A stretch of DNA of 64,000 nt, from IMG/VR virus record IMGVR_UViG_3300014039_000032, positions 6,209 through 70,208 of that record. One strand, 5' to 3'. The translations under genes and the position numbers were made by a program. The notes under the pieces were generated by a model. It made no database searches and was not told the DNA's origin. It saw only the letters and a list, made by a program, of their open reading frames with translations. Source of the DNA: a virus (lineage: Duplodnaviria > Caudoviricetes). Shown here one piece after another: positions 38,957 through 48,023 of the stretch (positions are counted from its first letter, which is position 1; the number at the start of each line of letters is the position of its first letter).

Positions 38957-39289
38957 TTATTTTTTCTTTGGGTCATAGATGCCATAGTCATTGTCGTATT
39001 TGTCAAGCGTTTTGACTTCATCAATCATCTTCTGCCGCTCATCTGGGTTGTCCATGCGCTGCTGAGACCCAACAATCATGGCATTCAGAATAGTCCCAAC
39101 GAACGCCCAAATTCCAACGGCAACGCCAAGGTGGTCAGTAGTCGCGCCAAGATACATACACAGCGTGAACCAGATGATATTAAAGATAAAGACACCACCG
39201 GCTTTGCCATGTCCGCGCATACAAGCCCCAGCAATGCCCTTGCAGATACAATAGATGATGCCGACCCACATTCCAATTACCAATACCAT
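38957..39289 (-). CDS. 3-TM membrane protein inside the TMP intron
   Basis: GGAGGT SD 6 nt before ATG; three hydrophobic helices followed by a charged tail; no nuclease motif. Confidence 0.8.
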   Translation of the reverse strand: MVLVIGMWVGIIYCICKGIAGACMRGHGKAGGVFIFNIIWFTLCMYLGATTDHLGVAVGIWAFVGTILNAMIVGSQQRMDNPDERQKMIDEVKTLDKYDNDYGIYDPKKK

Positions 39290-39321
39290 AATTTAACCTC
39301 CAATATTTTTTTGATGGTTAG

Positions 39322-39350
39322 AGTATAGCATAGGAGAAAATATTTGTCAA
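39322..39350 (-). promoter_or_regulatory. sigmaA-type promoter inside the intron
   Basis: TTGACA-N17-TATACT with extended -10 TG. Confidence 0.78.
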
Positions 39351-39686
39351 GACTAAATTTCCGAGAGTTTTCAATTCTCGCCTGAGTACTTCTTCGGCCT
39401 ATATAATTTGGAGGCTCGCCCTGTATACTCGATTGACACACCGCTCATCACGGCTTCGCGCCCAAGCTGCCCTTTTGTCACGGATAGTATATAATATTCG
39501 TGACATAGCGGTTAGGTCTTTCAACCATGCACCATCCTTGCCGTTTTATCGGTTTCCCACATTCACGCTCAGGCTTATCTCATCCTCACGTTGTAGTGAC
39601 AAGGCTCTTCAGGCTTTCAAGGGTTTAGGGGCTGTTCTCAGTGCTGGTTTACCATCCCATCACTCCGGCTCAGACCGATTTGGTTT

Positions 39687-40070
39687 GCCGGTTCGTGCTA
39701 CGGTTTTACCCATCTCTGCGAGATTCTGGACGTAGCTCTCCAGTCCACTTCCACGCAAATCCGAAACTTTCTTAAATTCCGTCATCGCGCTATTCAGCGT
39801 ATATACTTGCTCGACCATGCTGGAAATCGCATCAACGGAACGTCTGAATACCTCATTCATTGCGTTGAATGTCGCTTCAACATCGCCAGCATCTTTATTT
39901 ACTTGCTGTGTTGCGCCAGACATATCATTCAACTCAGCCGTAACCGAGCGAATGCCCTTGCCGTCAACCTTGAACGTGACCTTCTTGGCGGCATTGTTAA
40001 GTTGCGACTGGATATTGTTTAAGTCAAGTACAACTTTCGCAAGAATACTATAATCATTGTTAGAAGCCAT
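39687..40070 (-). CDS. Tape measure protein, exon 1 (MASNND...VARTG)
   Basis: LNSAMTEFKKVSDL is a TP901-TMP N-terminal pattern; the ORF's stop lies inside the intron. Confidence 0.8.
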
Positions 40071-40086
40071 ATCTCACACCCTTTCA

Positions 40087-40593
40087 TTATTTGTGATTTT
40101 GGCTTTGGATGACTGCCCAGCCTATGAGTATAGCCTCGGCTTCGTCATCCTCATTTTTTGTGCTCTTTGGCTTAACCCATGTCAGGTCAAGCCCAAATAT
40201 TTCATTGGCCATACGCACGGCTTTCTCTTTAAGAACATCGCGCTGAAGGCCAGCTCTTGTGCCGTCAAACATCCCAAGCTCACGCCGCCAAACACTCGGC
40301 AACAGGAACGTCGGCTTGAGTCTAAATCCTGCGCAAAGACTTAGAATCATACCTTGTACTGCACCAAGTTTAACAATGGTGAGCTTACCATCCTTCATGG
40401 GCACGTCCTCTGCGTACACCACATCAGGCCGATGCTCTCGGATAATCGCCGCAAGCTCCATGGTTTCAGCCATGACGTTCTCACGCCAATCATCATGTCT
40501 CTCCTTAATAACGCCATGGGCCACAAGTTGCTCGCCATCAAATATCGCCCAACCCGTTGATTTGGTAGAGGCGTCAAGCGATAAAATCTTCAC
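40087..40593 (-). CDS. RuvC-like Holliday junction resolvase
   Basis: ILSLDASTKSTGWA, VYAED, PSVWR, DDEAEAILIG. Confidence 0.8.
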   Translation of the reverse strand: MKILSLDASTKSTGWAIFDGEQLVAHGVIKERHDDWRENVMAETMELAAIIREHRPDVVYAEDVPMKDGKLTIVKLGAVQGMILSLCAGFRLKPTFLLPSVWRRELGMFDGTRAGLQRDVLKEKAVRMANEIFGLDLTWVKPKSTKNEDDEAEAILIGWAVIQSQNHK

Positions 40594-40598
40594 GCCAT

Positions 40599-41099
40599 CT
40601 ACCCCCTCTTCTTCGTGACGGTCAGGCCAGCCTCAGCAAATCCTTGTCGCGTCCACTTAACGATATCCTCGCCATCAATATCCTCAATAAGCGCATCCCA
40701 AGCATCGCGGCGTTGCGTCCAATAGCCATCGCCGTACTTTGGGCCAGATGCACCATTATAGATAAGCTCGGCAAGATATTCGCGAGCATCACCCCACGCT
40801 GGGTCAGTAGAGCCATGCTGAGGAATTGTCGCCGTCAAGTTCAAGTCCATCTCAGACGGCTCGTAGTGGAACTTTGCCTGAACGTGCATACCAGAAATTC
40901 GAGCCTTATCGGTTTTCCATGCTTTCTGGAATTGGCCAGTTCGCTCGTAGATACTTGGCTTGCCACGGCGATAAACATTTGCTTCAATCTCAAGTTGGTT
41001 TCGCTCGGCAATCTTCGCCATGATATAATCCACAACGATTTGCAAGCGCGGCATAAGGTCGCGCCTTAACTGAGCGTCATTTCGTGGTAATCCCGCCAT
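40599..41099 (-). CDS. Hypothetical tail-associated protein
   Basis: YERTG.F motif; positional. Confidence 0.55.
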   Translation of the reverse strand: MAGLPRNDAQLRRDLMPRLQIVVDYIMAKIAERNQLEIEANVYRRGKPSIYERTGQFQKAWKTDKARISGMHVQAKFHYEPSEMDLNLTATIPQHGSTDPAWGDAREYLAELIYNGASGPKYGDGYWTQRRDAWDALIEDIDGEDIVKWTRQGFAEAGLTVTKKRG

Positions 41100-41481
41100 A
41101 TTTCTTCACCACAGCGTCAAGCTGTTCCTGATATTTCGGCAGAGCCTTAATAATTTGCGCCAGAGCACGCTTAGTGGATTCCGTATACTCAATGGCTTCA
41201 TAAACGCTGAACAGATTCTTGATTTCACCCTCAACAGCATGAATCAAACCGCTCTGAAGCAGAGCTTCATGCCCAATCTCCTCAAGCTTCTCAGTAGGAA
41301 TATCCGTAGCAAACGCCAGCACACACATATCAATGTTCTGCTCACGTTCAGCCCAGCTATCCAGTTCCTTGACGCCGTTGACAATCGCCTGAATCTGCGC
41401 ATACGTCAGATATGGATTGACGCGCACATCATACGCCTCAAGGTACTTAGACTCCACAGCTTTGATTTCTTTCATATCCAT
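41077..41481 (-). CDS. Hypothetical protein (possible tail chaperone)
   Basis: AAGGA SD; positional. Confidence 0.55.
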   Translation of the reverse strand: MDMKEIKAVESKYLEAYDVRVNPYLTYAQIQAIVNGVKELDSWAEREQNIDMCVLAFATDIPTEKLEEIGHEALLQSGLIHAVEGEIKNLFSVYEAIEYTESTKRALAQIIKALPKYQEQLDAVVKKYGGITTK

Positions 41482-41497
41482 TTGTTCCTTTCATTCA

Positions 41498-41899
41498 TTA
41501 AAATTTCACATATTGTGACGCCCACATCATGCCCAAACCAGCCATCACGCAGAGCCACGGCCAATTCTTCTTGACCCATTCACGGATGTCAAATTTGCCA
41601 GCATCCTCCAACGCCGAACCCTTGGTCTCAACCGCCGTGAGCTTTGTATTCACAGCGGCATTGGCCGTCTCTGACGCCTGTTTCATCTCTTTGATTTCCT
41701 CGGCTTGGGTATCCATCTTATCATTGAGTTTAACCATAGACATCTGTACATCCTTCATGGTCTCGGCAAGCACCTCATTGCTCTTTACACTTCGAGCAAT
41801 AAGGTCTTGCAGGAATGGGCGAGTAGATTCGAGCGCGGTGATGCGGTGGTCATGGTCATCCAGACGACCATAAATCTTGCCGATATCGCCATCTGCCAT
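41498..41899 (-). CDS. Coiled-coil protein with C-terminal TM (XhlA/holin-like)
   Basis: RLDDHDHRITALE, coiled coil, terminal hydrophobic helix. Confidence 0.55.
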   Translation of the reverse strand: MADGDIGKIYGRLDDHDHRITALESTRPFLQDLIARSVKSNEVLAETMKDVQMSMVKLNDKMDTQAEEIKEMKQASETANAAVNTKLTAVETKGSALEDAGKFDIREWVKKNWPWLCVMAGLGMMWASQYVKF

Positions 41900-41909
41900 T
41901 TTCTTTCCC

Positions 41910-42215
41910 TCACTCTCTGAGTTTATATTCGCCGGATTTTAATTTTCTCACGCGGACATAAAGAGGTGTATGGTCAAATGGGTTCTTGACGCGGATTGTT
42001 TGCTCGCCAAGGTCTACATACAACCAACCCTTGCGCTCTTCACGAACGCGGCAATATCCTGCTGGGATGTCCACGTCGCGCTTAACCTTGCAATCGGTCG
42101 GCATATAGTTGTTAGCTCGCCATGTTCCCGTTTGAGGACATAAGTACATCCACGGGCAAGCCTCCTTGGTGATGCGGCAAACATTCTGGTCTACATATTC
42201 GCACATCCTATTCAC
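41910..42215 (-). CDS. Cys-rich hypothetical protein
   Basis: C...C....CP...C motifs. Confidence 0.55.
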   Translation of the reverse strand: MNRMCEYVDQNVCRITKEACPWMYLCPQTGTWRANNYMPTDCKVKRDVDIPAGYCRVREERKGWLYVDLGEQTIRVKNPFDHTPLYVRVRKLKSGEYKLRE

Positions 42216-42229
42216 CTCAAATTTTTCTT

Positions 42230-42270
42230 AAAAAAATAGGGTAAGCAATGCAAAGATTACTTACCCTATA
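42230..42270 (-). terminator. Intrinsic terminator after major tail gene
   Basis: TAGGGTAAG/CTTACCCTA stem followed by a T run. Confidence 0.7.
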
Positions 42271-42273
42271 ATT

Positions 42274-43338
42274 TTAGTTCACGTCAACGTAGATGTACGC
42301 GGGCGGGACAGCGGCGTAGCCAGTCAGCGTAACGCTGATAACGGACTTGCCAGCAGAGCCAGCGGCAGTCACAACACCCTTATTATCAACGGTAGAATCA
42401 CCAGAGACAACGGCGAAGGTGAAGCTGGAGTTATCCTTGCGCTGAGAAGCGGTAGAACCACCATAGACAACGCGGATGATGGCGGTCTCCTTCTCGGATG
42501 TACCAAGAGCCATATCAGAGTTCTCGCAAGCGAGAGCGATGACGTTATCCTGCCACTTAGCGCCATAGACCTGTTCAGTCATCGTGCCGTAAGAGGCGTC
42601 AGCAGTGCAACCCTCAGACGCAACATAGCGCAGAGCCGTACCAGTGAGCTGAGTGGGCGCAGAGCTGGTCGCGTTGAGCGTGAGTTCCTGAGACGGGTCA
42701 AGGCCAAGACGCGGAATATCGGTGATGAGACGGCCAACCTTGGACGCAGAAGCATCGGCGTTGATATCGGCGTTGTACAAATCGTTCAGCAGAACGATAT
42801 GCAGCTCCTCGGGCGCAAAGTCCGCAGGAATCGCCATCATGCGAGCATTCTCATCCATGTATGGGTACTTGATGCAGTACACATCGCCAGCGTTTGCGCC
42901 AGCAACAGCAAGGTAATACTTGCCACCAGTCTCGGTGATAGCACCAATAGACCAACCAGCATCAGCGGGCTTCTTATACCAGCCAATCATCGTGCCGTTG
43001 AACGCGGCGGGCTTGTTCTTGAGTTCAATCTGGCCAGCGGTGACAACAGTCTCACCAGCGCCAGTGGATTCATAGAAGCTCGTGCCGCCCTGCTCGATAG
43101 TCGCGCCAAGAGACCACGCCAGATACTCCAGCTTGAAGGTCGCGTTGGTGATAGTCACGTTCAGAGTACTATCAGAGAACCAGCGGCCAAGCAGGGGGTT
43201 GGACGTGCCGCCACGAACCTCGTTGGGAGAGGCACTGAAAGAGAACGTGTTCTCTGTGAGCGTCGAGCCAAGGCCTACAAACTCGTTGCCTCTGAAAATC
43301 AGGGCAGTGCCAACATTAGCAAGAAATTTTTCTGCCAT
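42274..43338 (-). CDS. Major tail protein with C-terminal Ig-like domain
   Basis: EVRGG..NPLLGRWFSDS; highly expressed codon style; own terminator. Confidence 0.7.
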   Translation of the reverse strand: MAEKFLANVGTALIFRGNEFVGLGSTLTENTFSFSASPNEVRGGTSNPLLGRWFSDSTLNVTITNATFKLEYLAWSLGATIEQGGTSFYESTGAGETVVTAGQIELKNKPAAFNGTMIGWYKKPADAGWSIGAITETGGKYYLAVAGANAGDVYCIKYPYMDENARMMAIPADFAPEELHIVLLNDLYNADINADASASKVGRLITDIPRLGLDPSQELTLNATSSAPTQLTGTALRYVASEGCTADASYGTMTEQVYGAKWQDNVIALACENSDMALGTSEKETAIIRVVYGGSTASQRKDNSSFTFAVVSGDSTVDNKGVVTAAGSAGKSVISVTLTGYAAVPPAYIYVDVN

Positions 43339-43356
43339 GAAATATTTTCCTCCTTG

Positions 43357-44175
43357 TTATAAATTATTTTGTTGCAAGAGCTGTTCGGCGTGGCTTGAAC
43401 CATCGCCAACCGCAACATCGGCAACACTACTATCGCCACCAAACGACGCCTTGTATTTGCCCATGCTCGTGATATATCCATCGTACTTACCCCTCTTGCG
43501 CGGGTAAATCCAATGGTCAACCTCTTTGCCAACATACATAGTGATGGCACGAGTCGTTTCAAAGTCAATCTCGCCAGAACATTCCTCAAACACGCCTTGA
43601 TGTTCTCTGAATGTCATCTTCATCTGTTCTTGCTTTGACAGCCCAGTATGCGCCGTGATTATATACATCTTGCGCTCAAGCGTCGGGAACTCTCGATTGA
43701 AATTTTTGACAGAATCCGTAAGCTCCATAGTTTTCTTAAACTCTGGATTGACATAGGAATCATCATAGTGTAAAATGTTCTGGTATAAAATAATCTTGGT
43801 AAGCTCGTCAAATTGCTTGGCCGATAATGTCAGGTCATGCGTCCTGTCAACAAGCACTAGCTTGCCACGCTCATTCGCCGTCACAGCCCAATCGTTGATA
43901 CCGCAGTAAGACAAGATGTTTGTCAACTTGTCCTCAAGATATTCATTGGTCGGCTTGATGACCTTGACAAGATATTCCAGATAGGACATCTGGATAATCT
44001 CGACAGATGGTGACGAGTTCTTATCATGTTGCAAAATGTCTATGCTCGCCAAGAAAGTCTCGGCTTCATCAAGCATGATTGGGCGAATCGTAATAACCTT
44101 ATCCTGAACCACATACGGCACAGGTTTATCAAACGCAAAGTACGCCCTGCGCAGGAAGTCAATATTAACCGCCAT
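43357..44175 (-). CDS. Hypothetical virion/assembly protein
   Basis: Long ORF in head-tail region. Confidence 0.6.
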   Translation of the reverse strand: MAVNIDFLRRAYFAFDKPVPYVVQDKVITIRPIMLDEAETFLASIDILQHDKNSSPSVEIIQMSYLEYLVKVIKPTNEYLEDKLTNILSYCGINDWAVTANERGKLVLVDRTHDLTLSAKQFDELTKIILYQNILHYDDSYVNPEFKKTMELTDSVKNFNREFPTLERKMYIITAHTGLSKQEQMKMTFREHQGVFEECSGEIDFETTRAITMYVGKEVDHWIYPRKRGKYDGYITSMGKYKASFGGDSSVADVAVGDGSSHAEQLLQQNNL

Positions 44176-44740
44176 TGCAATCAGCTCGCTTGCCAGTGTC
44201 GCCAGCCATCACACCCATCAGCAACTGAACGCCCGTAAAAGTTCGCTCGTTGCCAATGACGGATTTAGCGGCACAATATCTGGACATATCGTCCAGCCAC
44301 GTCAGCTTACCAACACCGCCAACATAAGCGCCATTAAGGACGGTTAGCATGATGTTGATAAACAAATCGCCGCGACTGACAGGGATTCCATTGTATTCCA
44401 CAAGGCTCATCTGACCCCCATAAAGAAAATCAAAGGCGTACACAATGTTCGCCTGATACATCTCCTTCGGCGCATCATAATAGTTGTAAACCTTGAGAAT
44501 GCACTTGCTCGTAGGAATGGCGTCTTCAATGAGGTTGGTAAGGAACACGCCATATTTCTCCTGCTGGCCAGTTTTCCATAACAGCCCAAGTTTCTCCTTG
44601 AGCGTCAGGTTTGGCTTAGACAACGCATCATAACCGTTGTACTTGAGGAGCTTCCACAAGTTCTCAGCGTCGGCAGATGTCGCCAGATATGTCAGGATAT
44701 TGTAAGGAATAGAGGGTAACGCCGATAAACTATTGTACAT
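44165..44740 (-). CDS. Tail completion/terminator-like protein
   Basis: Positional, upstream of tail genes. Confidence 0.5.
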   Translation of the reverse strand: MYNSLSALPSIPYNILTYLATSADAENLWKLLKYNGYDALSKPNLTLKEKLGLLWKTGQQEKYGVFLTNLIEDAIPTSKCILKVYNYYDAPKEMYQANIVYAFDFLYGGQMSLVEYNGIPVSRGDLFINIMLTVLNGAYVGGVGKLTWLDDMSRYCAAKSVIGNERTFTGVQLLMGVMAGDTGKRADCNGG

Positions 44741-45540
44741 CAGTCGCCACCTCCCAATTTGCCAGCGTTGTCCAGAATCTTATTGAGGTCATCATCGCCA
44801 GAGTAGTCCTCGGACGAATTGTCCGCAAGCTGGGCGCCAAAATCATCGCCATCATGAACCTCGTCCAGATACAAGTCAAGATACAGCAAGGTATCATAAT
44901 CTGTACTCAGGTCGAGATTCAAGGCGTTCTGATACGCCCACAGCTTGAATGGACGACCGCCAAGGATATACCGCGTGTTGAGCCTGAACAACCTCAGCGT
45001 ATCAGCATTACCTTGAACAATCACAGTGGCATGATTGTTTGGCGTAAGCAGATACGTTGTCACACGAGCGTTCGGCGCTTGCATATCGTAGTCAACAACG
45101 CATGGCGCACTAAACACCTCACCCGTAGTGGGGTCGATGATGCGCAGAGCGTTATTGCAACGGCGAATCGCCACATCCTGCGACAGCCCCGTGAACTGGT
45201 TGTAAGCATGGACAATCCACCAACTATTGTCGAACTTATAGTACAAGCCGCGAACGCTGGTCTTGTCAATACTTCTAAAGATGAGCTTCATAAAATCCTT
45301 GGTATCCTTGAGTCCAGTCGACGTGTCGGCAACAGTCGGCTTAACCCAAGCCTCAATAGCCTTGTATTCAGCAGAGCCGATTCCCTGCTGTTCAAGAATT
45401 TCTCCGCCATTCTCAGGGGTCTTGGCCGAGGTGTTAGACCATTCCTCATCGATGAACGACTGCTGGTTTGCGCGATATAAGTCGTTCGGCGTGGCGTTCA
45501 TAATGGTGCCGGATGCAGATTCAAAGAAATCAAACGGCAT
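44740..45540 (-). CDS. Head-closure-like structural protein
   Basis: ATG 45540 (MPFDFFES); positional. Confidence 0.5.
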   Translation of the reverse strand: MPFDFFESASGTIMNATPNDLYRANQQSFIDEEWSNTSAKTPENGGEILEQQGIGSAEYKAIEAWVKPTVADTSTGLKDTKDFMKLIFRSIDKTSVRGLYYKFDNSWWIVHAYNQFTGLSQDVAIRRCNNALRIIDPTTGEVFSAPCVVDYDMQAPNARVTTYLLTPNNHATVIVQGNADTLRLFRLNTRYILGGRPFKLWAYQNALNLDLSTDYDTLLYLDLYLDEVHDGDDFGAQLADNSSEDYSGDDDLNKILDNAGKLGGGD

Positions 45541-45799
45541 CACGTTCACCATCCTTATCCAGCACATGAATCATGTGGAACACCGTGCGACGAACTTGGT
45601 CATGGTCAGCATCAGAGCCAAGCGCCTCTAAGCCGCGAACCATTGAAGTCATGCCATCATCAATGCCCGCAACCATAACGCTTAAACGGCTCAAGTACGC
45701 AAGATACGCCCTGTAAACCATCTCAGACTGCGTCTCCACGACCTCTTCATACATCGGCAAGATTTTGTAGACGGCGGCAATAGTCTTATCCTTGTTCAT
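45530..45799 (-). CDS. Hypothetical protein
   Basis: GGTGGTGA SD; 89 aa. Confidence 0.55.
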   Translation of the reverse strand: MNKDKTIAAVYKILPMYEEVVETQSEMVYRAYLAYLSRLSVMVAGIDDGMTSMVRGLEALGSDADHDQVRRTVFHMIHVLDKDGERDAV

Positions 45800-45811
45800 C
45801 TCACCACCACC

Positions 45812-46243
45812 TTAAAATTCATAGGCGGCAATGTCGAGCAAGAGATAATCCTGCGTCGCTCTATCCACTTCCTCGCGCAACTTGTCGACGATATTTTGCT
45901 TTTCCTTAAAGTTCTGCGCCTCAGAGTTGAACGTAAACGCCGAGCTAACCTTGAGCTTCAAGGCAATCTGGGCGGCGTTGTTCGTTTCACGTTCCCACCA
46001 TGCAATAACCCAGTAGCGCGAGAGGATGTAAACCTCAAGCACCGTCAGGTCGGCATTGAAAGAACGCGCAACATCGTCATAGGCAAGGTCTTGACGGCAT
46101 TCCGTGAACTGAGCCACGGCGTTCATCAAAAGACCGTCGCAGAACTTTTTGAATTTTTCCTCGCTCTGGTCAAACAGCTTGCCGAGCTTATAGTCCGATA
46201 CAACCGTAAGAGCGAGGTCTTCGATTTTGTCAAAGGGAGTTAT
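45812..46243 (-). CDS. Head-tail connector-like protein; probable ATA start
   Basis: Open frame extends 38 codons above the called ATG to ATA-ACT-CCC-TTT (MTPFDKI), after AAGGAGTGA. Confidence 0.55.
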   Translation of the reverse strand: MTPFDKIEDLALTVVSDYKLGKLFDQSEEKFKKFCDGLLMNAVAQFTECRQDLAYDDVARSFNADLTVLEVYILSRYWVIAWWERETNNAAQIALKLKVSSAFTFNSEAQNFKEKQNIVDKLREEVDRATQDYLLLDIAAYEF

Positions 46244-46249
46244 ATCTCA

Positions 46250-46879
46250 TCACTCCTTCGCGGTTTCGTCTTCATCAGGCTCGATAAGCATCAAGTCTTT
46301 ACCGCAAAGTTTGCCAATCTCAATGACCGCATTGGCATCAACAAACTGGCCGCGTTCCTTGCGAGAACAAATCATGTCAACGATGATTTGCTTCTGTGCC
46401 GCGTTGACCATCTTATACGTCTCAATGATAGTCTTGCCATCCTTGTCCAGCAGTTCTCTTAGCGCCTTTTCGTCAAGCAGATTGGCGTAAACATCCGTGA
46501 GATTATGCTCCTCAGCAAAGTCCTTGTCGGCGATATACACCGCGCCAGAATTGATAAGGTTCGTCATATTCTCAACGATGATGCTCGCCTCTTTCTCGGC
46601 GAAGTCACGATGATTGAACTGGCCGTCAATACGCCACATCACAGTGCCGCGCAGAACAATCGAGCCATTGGTCAGGTTGACAAAGCGAATGCGCTTGTCT
46701 TTCTTTGCGCTACGATTTTCTGTTTCAGGCTTTGCAGACATCATCTGAGCCATAAGCGCCATCTGAGCCTTCAGCTCTTCAAGTTGGGCTTTCAGGTCAT
46801 CATTTTCTTTCTTGATGTCCTCAGCGGGCGTCTCAACTACTTCGGCAACCTTTGCGGTTTCACTCTTGGTTCTTGCCAT
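46250..46879 (-). CDS. Hypothetical virion-associated protein
   Basis: AAGGAG SD; follows capsid gene. Confidence 0.6.
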   Translation of the reverse strand: MARTKSETAKVAEVVETPAEDIKKENDDLKAQLEELKAQMALMAQMMSAKPETENRSAKKDKRIRFVNLTNGSIVLRGTVMWRIDGQFNHRDFAEKEASIIVENMTNLINSGAVYIADKDFAEEHNLTDVYANLLDEKALRELLDKDGKTIIETYKMVNAAQKQIIVDMICSRKERGQFVDANAVIEIGKLCGKDLMLIEPDEDETAKE

Positions 46880-46922
46880 TTTTATAATCTCCTTTTATTC
46901 CATTCATTCAGATTTTGAAATA

Positions 46923-46944
46923 AGAGGGGCACGAAGCCCCTCTA
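46923..46944 (-). terminator. Intrinsic terminator after capsid gene
   Basis: AGAGGGGC-TTCGT-GCCCCTCT then TATTT. Confidence 0.65.
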
Positions 46945-46953
46945 TATTTCAAA

Positions 46954-47994
46954 TTAGTCGCTGATAGTATACACGCCAGCTTTCGCAGCGGAGGCGAAAA
47001 CGAAATCCCAACCCTTACGATAGGTGAAGTTGGAAGTCAGGTCAGCATTGTCAAAGTGCTGGTTGGTGTTGGTCATGGCGGTGGTCATGACGCCCTTAAC
47101 GAGCTTATCAACAGACGGGCTGATGACGTAAACCTTGTTGGCGGGCAGAACGAGCTTGCCGTCCGCACCAACAGCATTGGTCAGGCGCATGACGGGGAAG
47201 TCGAGCACGTTGTTAAGGATTTCGATAGAGCCACCCTCGCCGTTGATGTTCATACGGTAGCCAGTAGCGCTGTCAGGGAGAACCTTGAGCAGAGCAGCGG
47301 CAGAACCGATGATGTAGGGGCGAACGCCGCCATTGAGGGCCTGAACGGTCTCAGCCATCTCGACCAGAGAGGTGATATCCATAGCACCAGTCTTGTTGAG
47401 GTCGCCAGCAGGAATCGCGGCGATACCAGTGTTAAGGGCACTGACGGCATCCTTATACATGGCAGACTCAACAGAGGTCAGGAGCAGACCCATGAAATCA
47501 GCGATGCTCTCCTTGCCAGCGAGGACACGGTAAAGGTCGCTGTAGATGGTGACGATATGCTCGACAGGAGCCACGACGATATCGGACTCAGACTTCTTCT
47601 GACGGAAAGTGGTACGCTGGCCATTAGCGGTCAGGGACACAGTGTAGAAGCTGCGAGGCATAATCTTGAACTTCACAACATCGCCGATACCAGCGGTGCG
47701 GAAATCAGCAAAGACGCTGAACTGGGGCAGGATGACCTGCGGCAGAATAGCGTTGATGGTCGCGTCGATGATGGCGAACGCAGCCCACTGGGTGGACGGA
47801 TGGGCAATCCAAGCGTCAACAGCATTGTCCTTGCGGGACACGCCAGACTTGCGCTCAACCTCGGCGAACCAAGCATCCTGCATCAGAGCCTTGTTCTCAG
47901 CAGTCTGCTTCTTGTCGCAGAAATAGGACATAGCCGCTTCATAGAAGTCGGTGTTCTCGCCAGCAAAGGCGATAAGGTCTTTATTCATAAGCAT
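46954..47994 (-). CDS. Major capsid protein (HK97-fold, by position and size)
   Basis: 346 aa after protease/decoration genes, strongly biased codons, own terminator. Confidence 0.75.
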   Translation of the reverse strand: MLMNKDLIAFAGENTDFYEAAMSYFCDKKQTAENKALMQDAWFAEVERKSGVSRKDNAVDAWIAHPSTQWAAFAIIDATINAILPQVILPQFSVFADFRTAGIGDVVKFKIMPRSFYTVSLTANGQRTTFRQKKSESDIVVAPVEHIVTIYSDLYRVLAGKESIADFMGLLLTSVESAMYKDAVSALNTGIAAIPAGDLNKTGAMDITSLVEMAETVQALNGGVRPYIIGSAAALLKVLPDSATGYRMNINGEGGSIEILNNVLDFPVMRLTNAVGADGKLVLPANKVYVISPSVDKLVKGVMTTAMTNTNQHFDNADLTSNFTYRKGWDFVFASAAKAGVYTISD

Positions 47995-48023
47995 AGTATA
48001 TTTTCTCCTTTCTACAAATTTCT

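Larger units (their letters stand above)
38938..39686 (-). mobile_element. Predicted group I intron in the tape-measure gene, carrying a non-endonuclease cargo gene
   Basis: Removal fuses VARTG|SEMVEAAT in frame; omega G; P3/P4/P5/P6 pairings; P7 GAGTA/TACTC with GAAGAAGTACTC as J8/7-P7; P9 hairpin. Confidence 0.78.

Noticed and set aside
38938-39686. Group II intron interpretation of the TMP insertion
   Set aside because: No GUGYG 5' end, no convincing domain V or AY 3' end, and no RT; group I P3-P9 pairings and an omega G fit better.
39433-39735. + strand 100-aa ORF
   Set aside because: Antisense to the intron core; no SD and no protein-like features.
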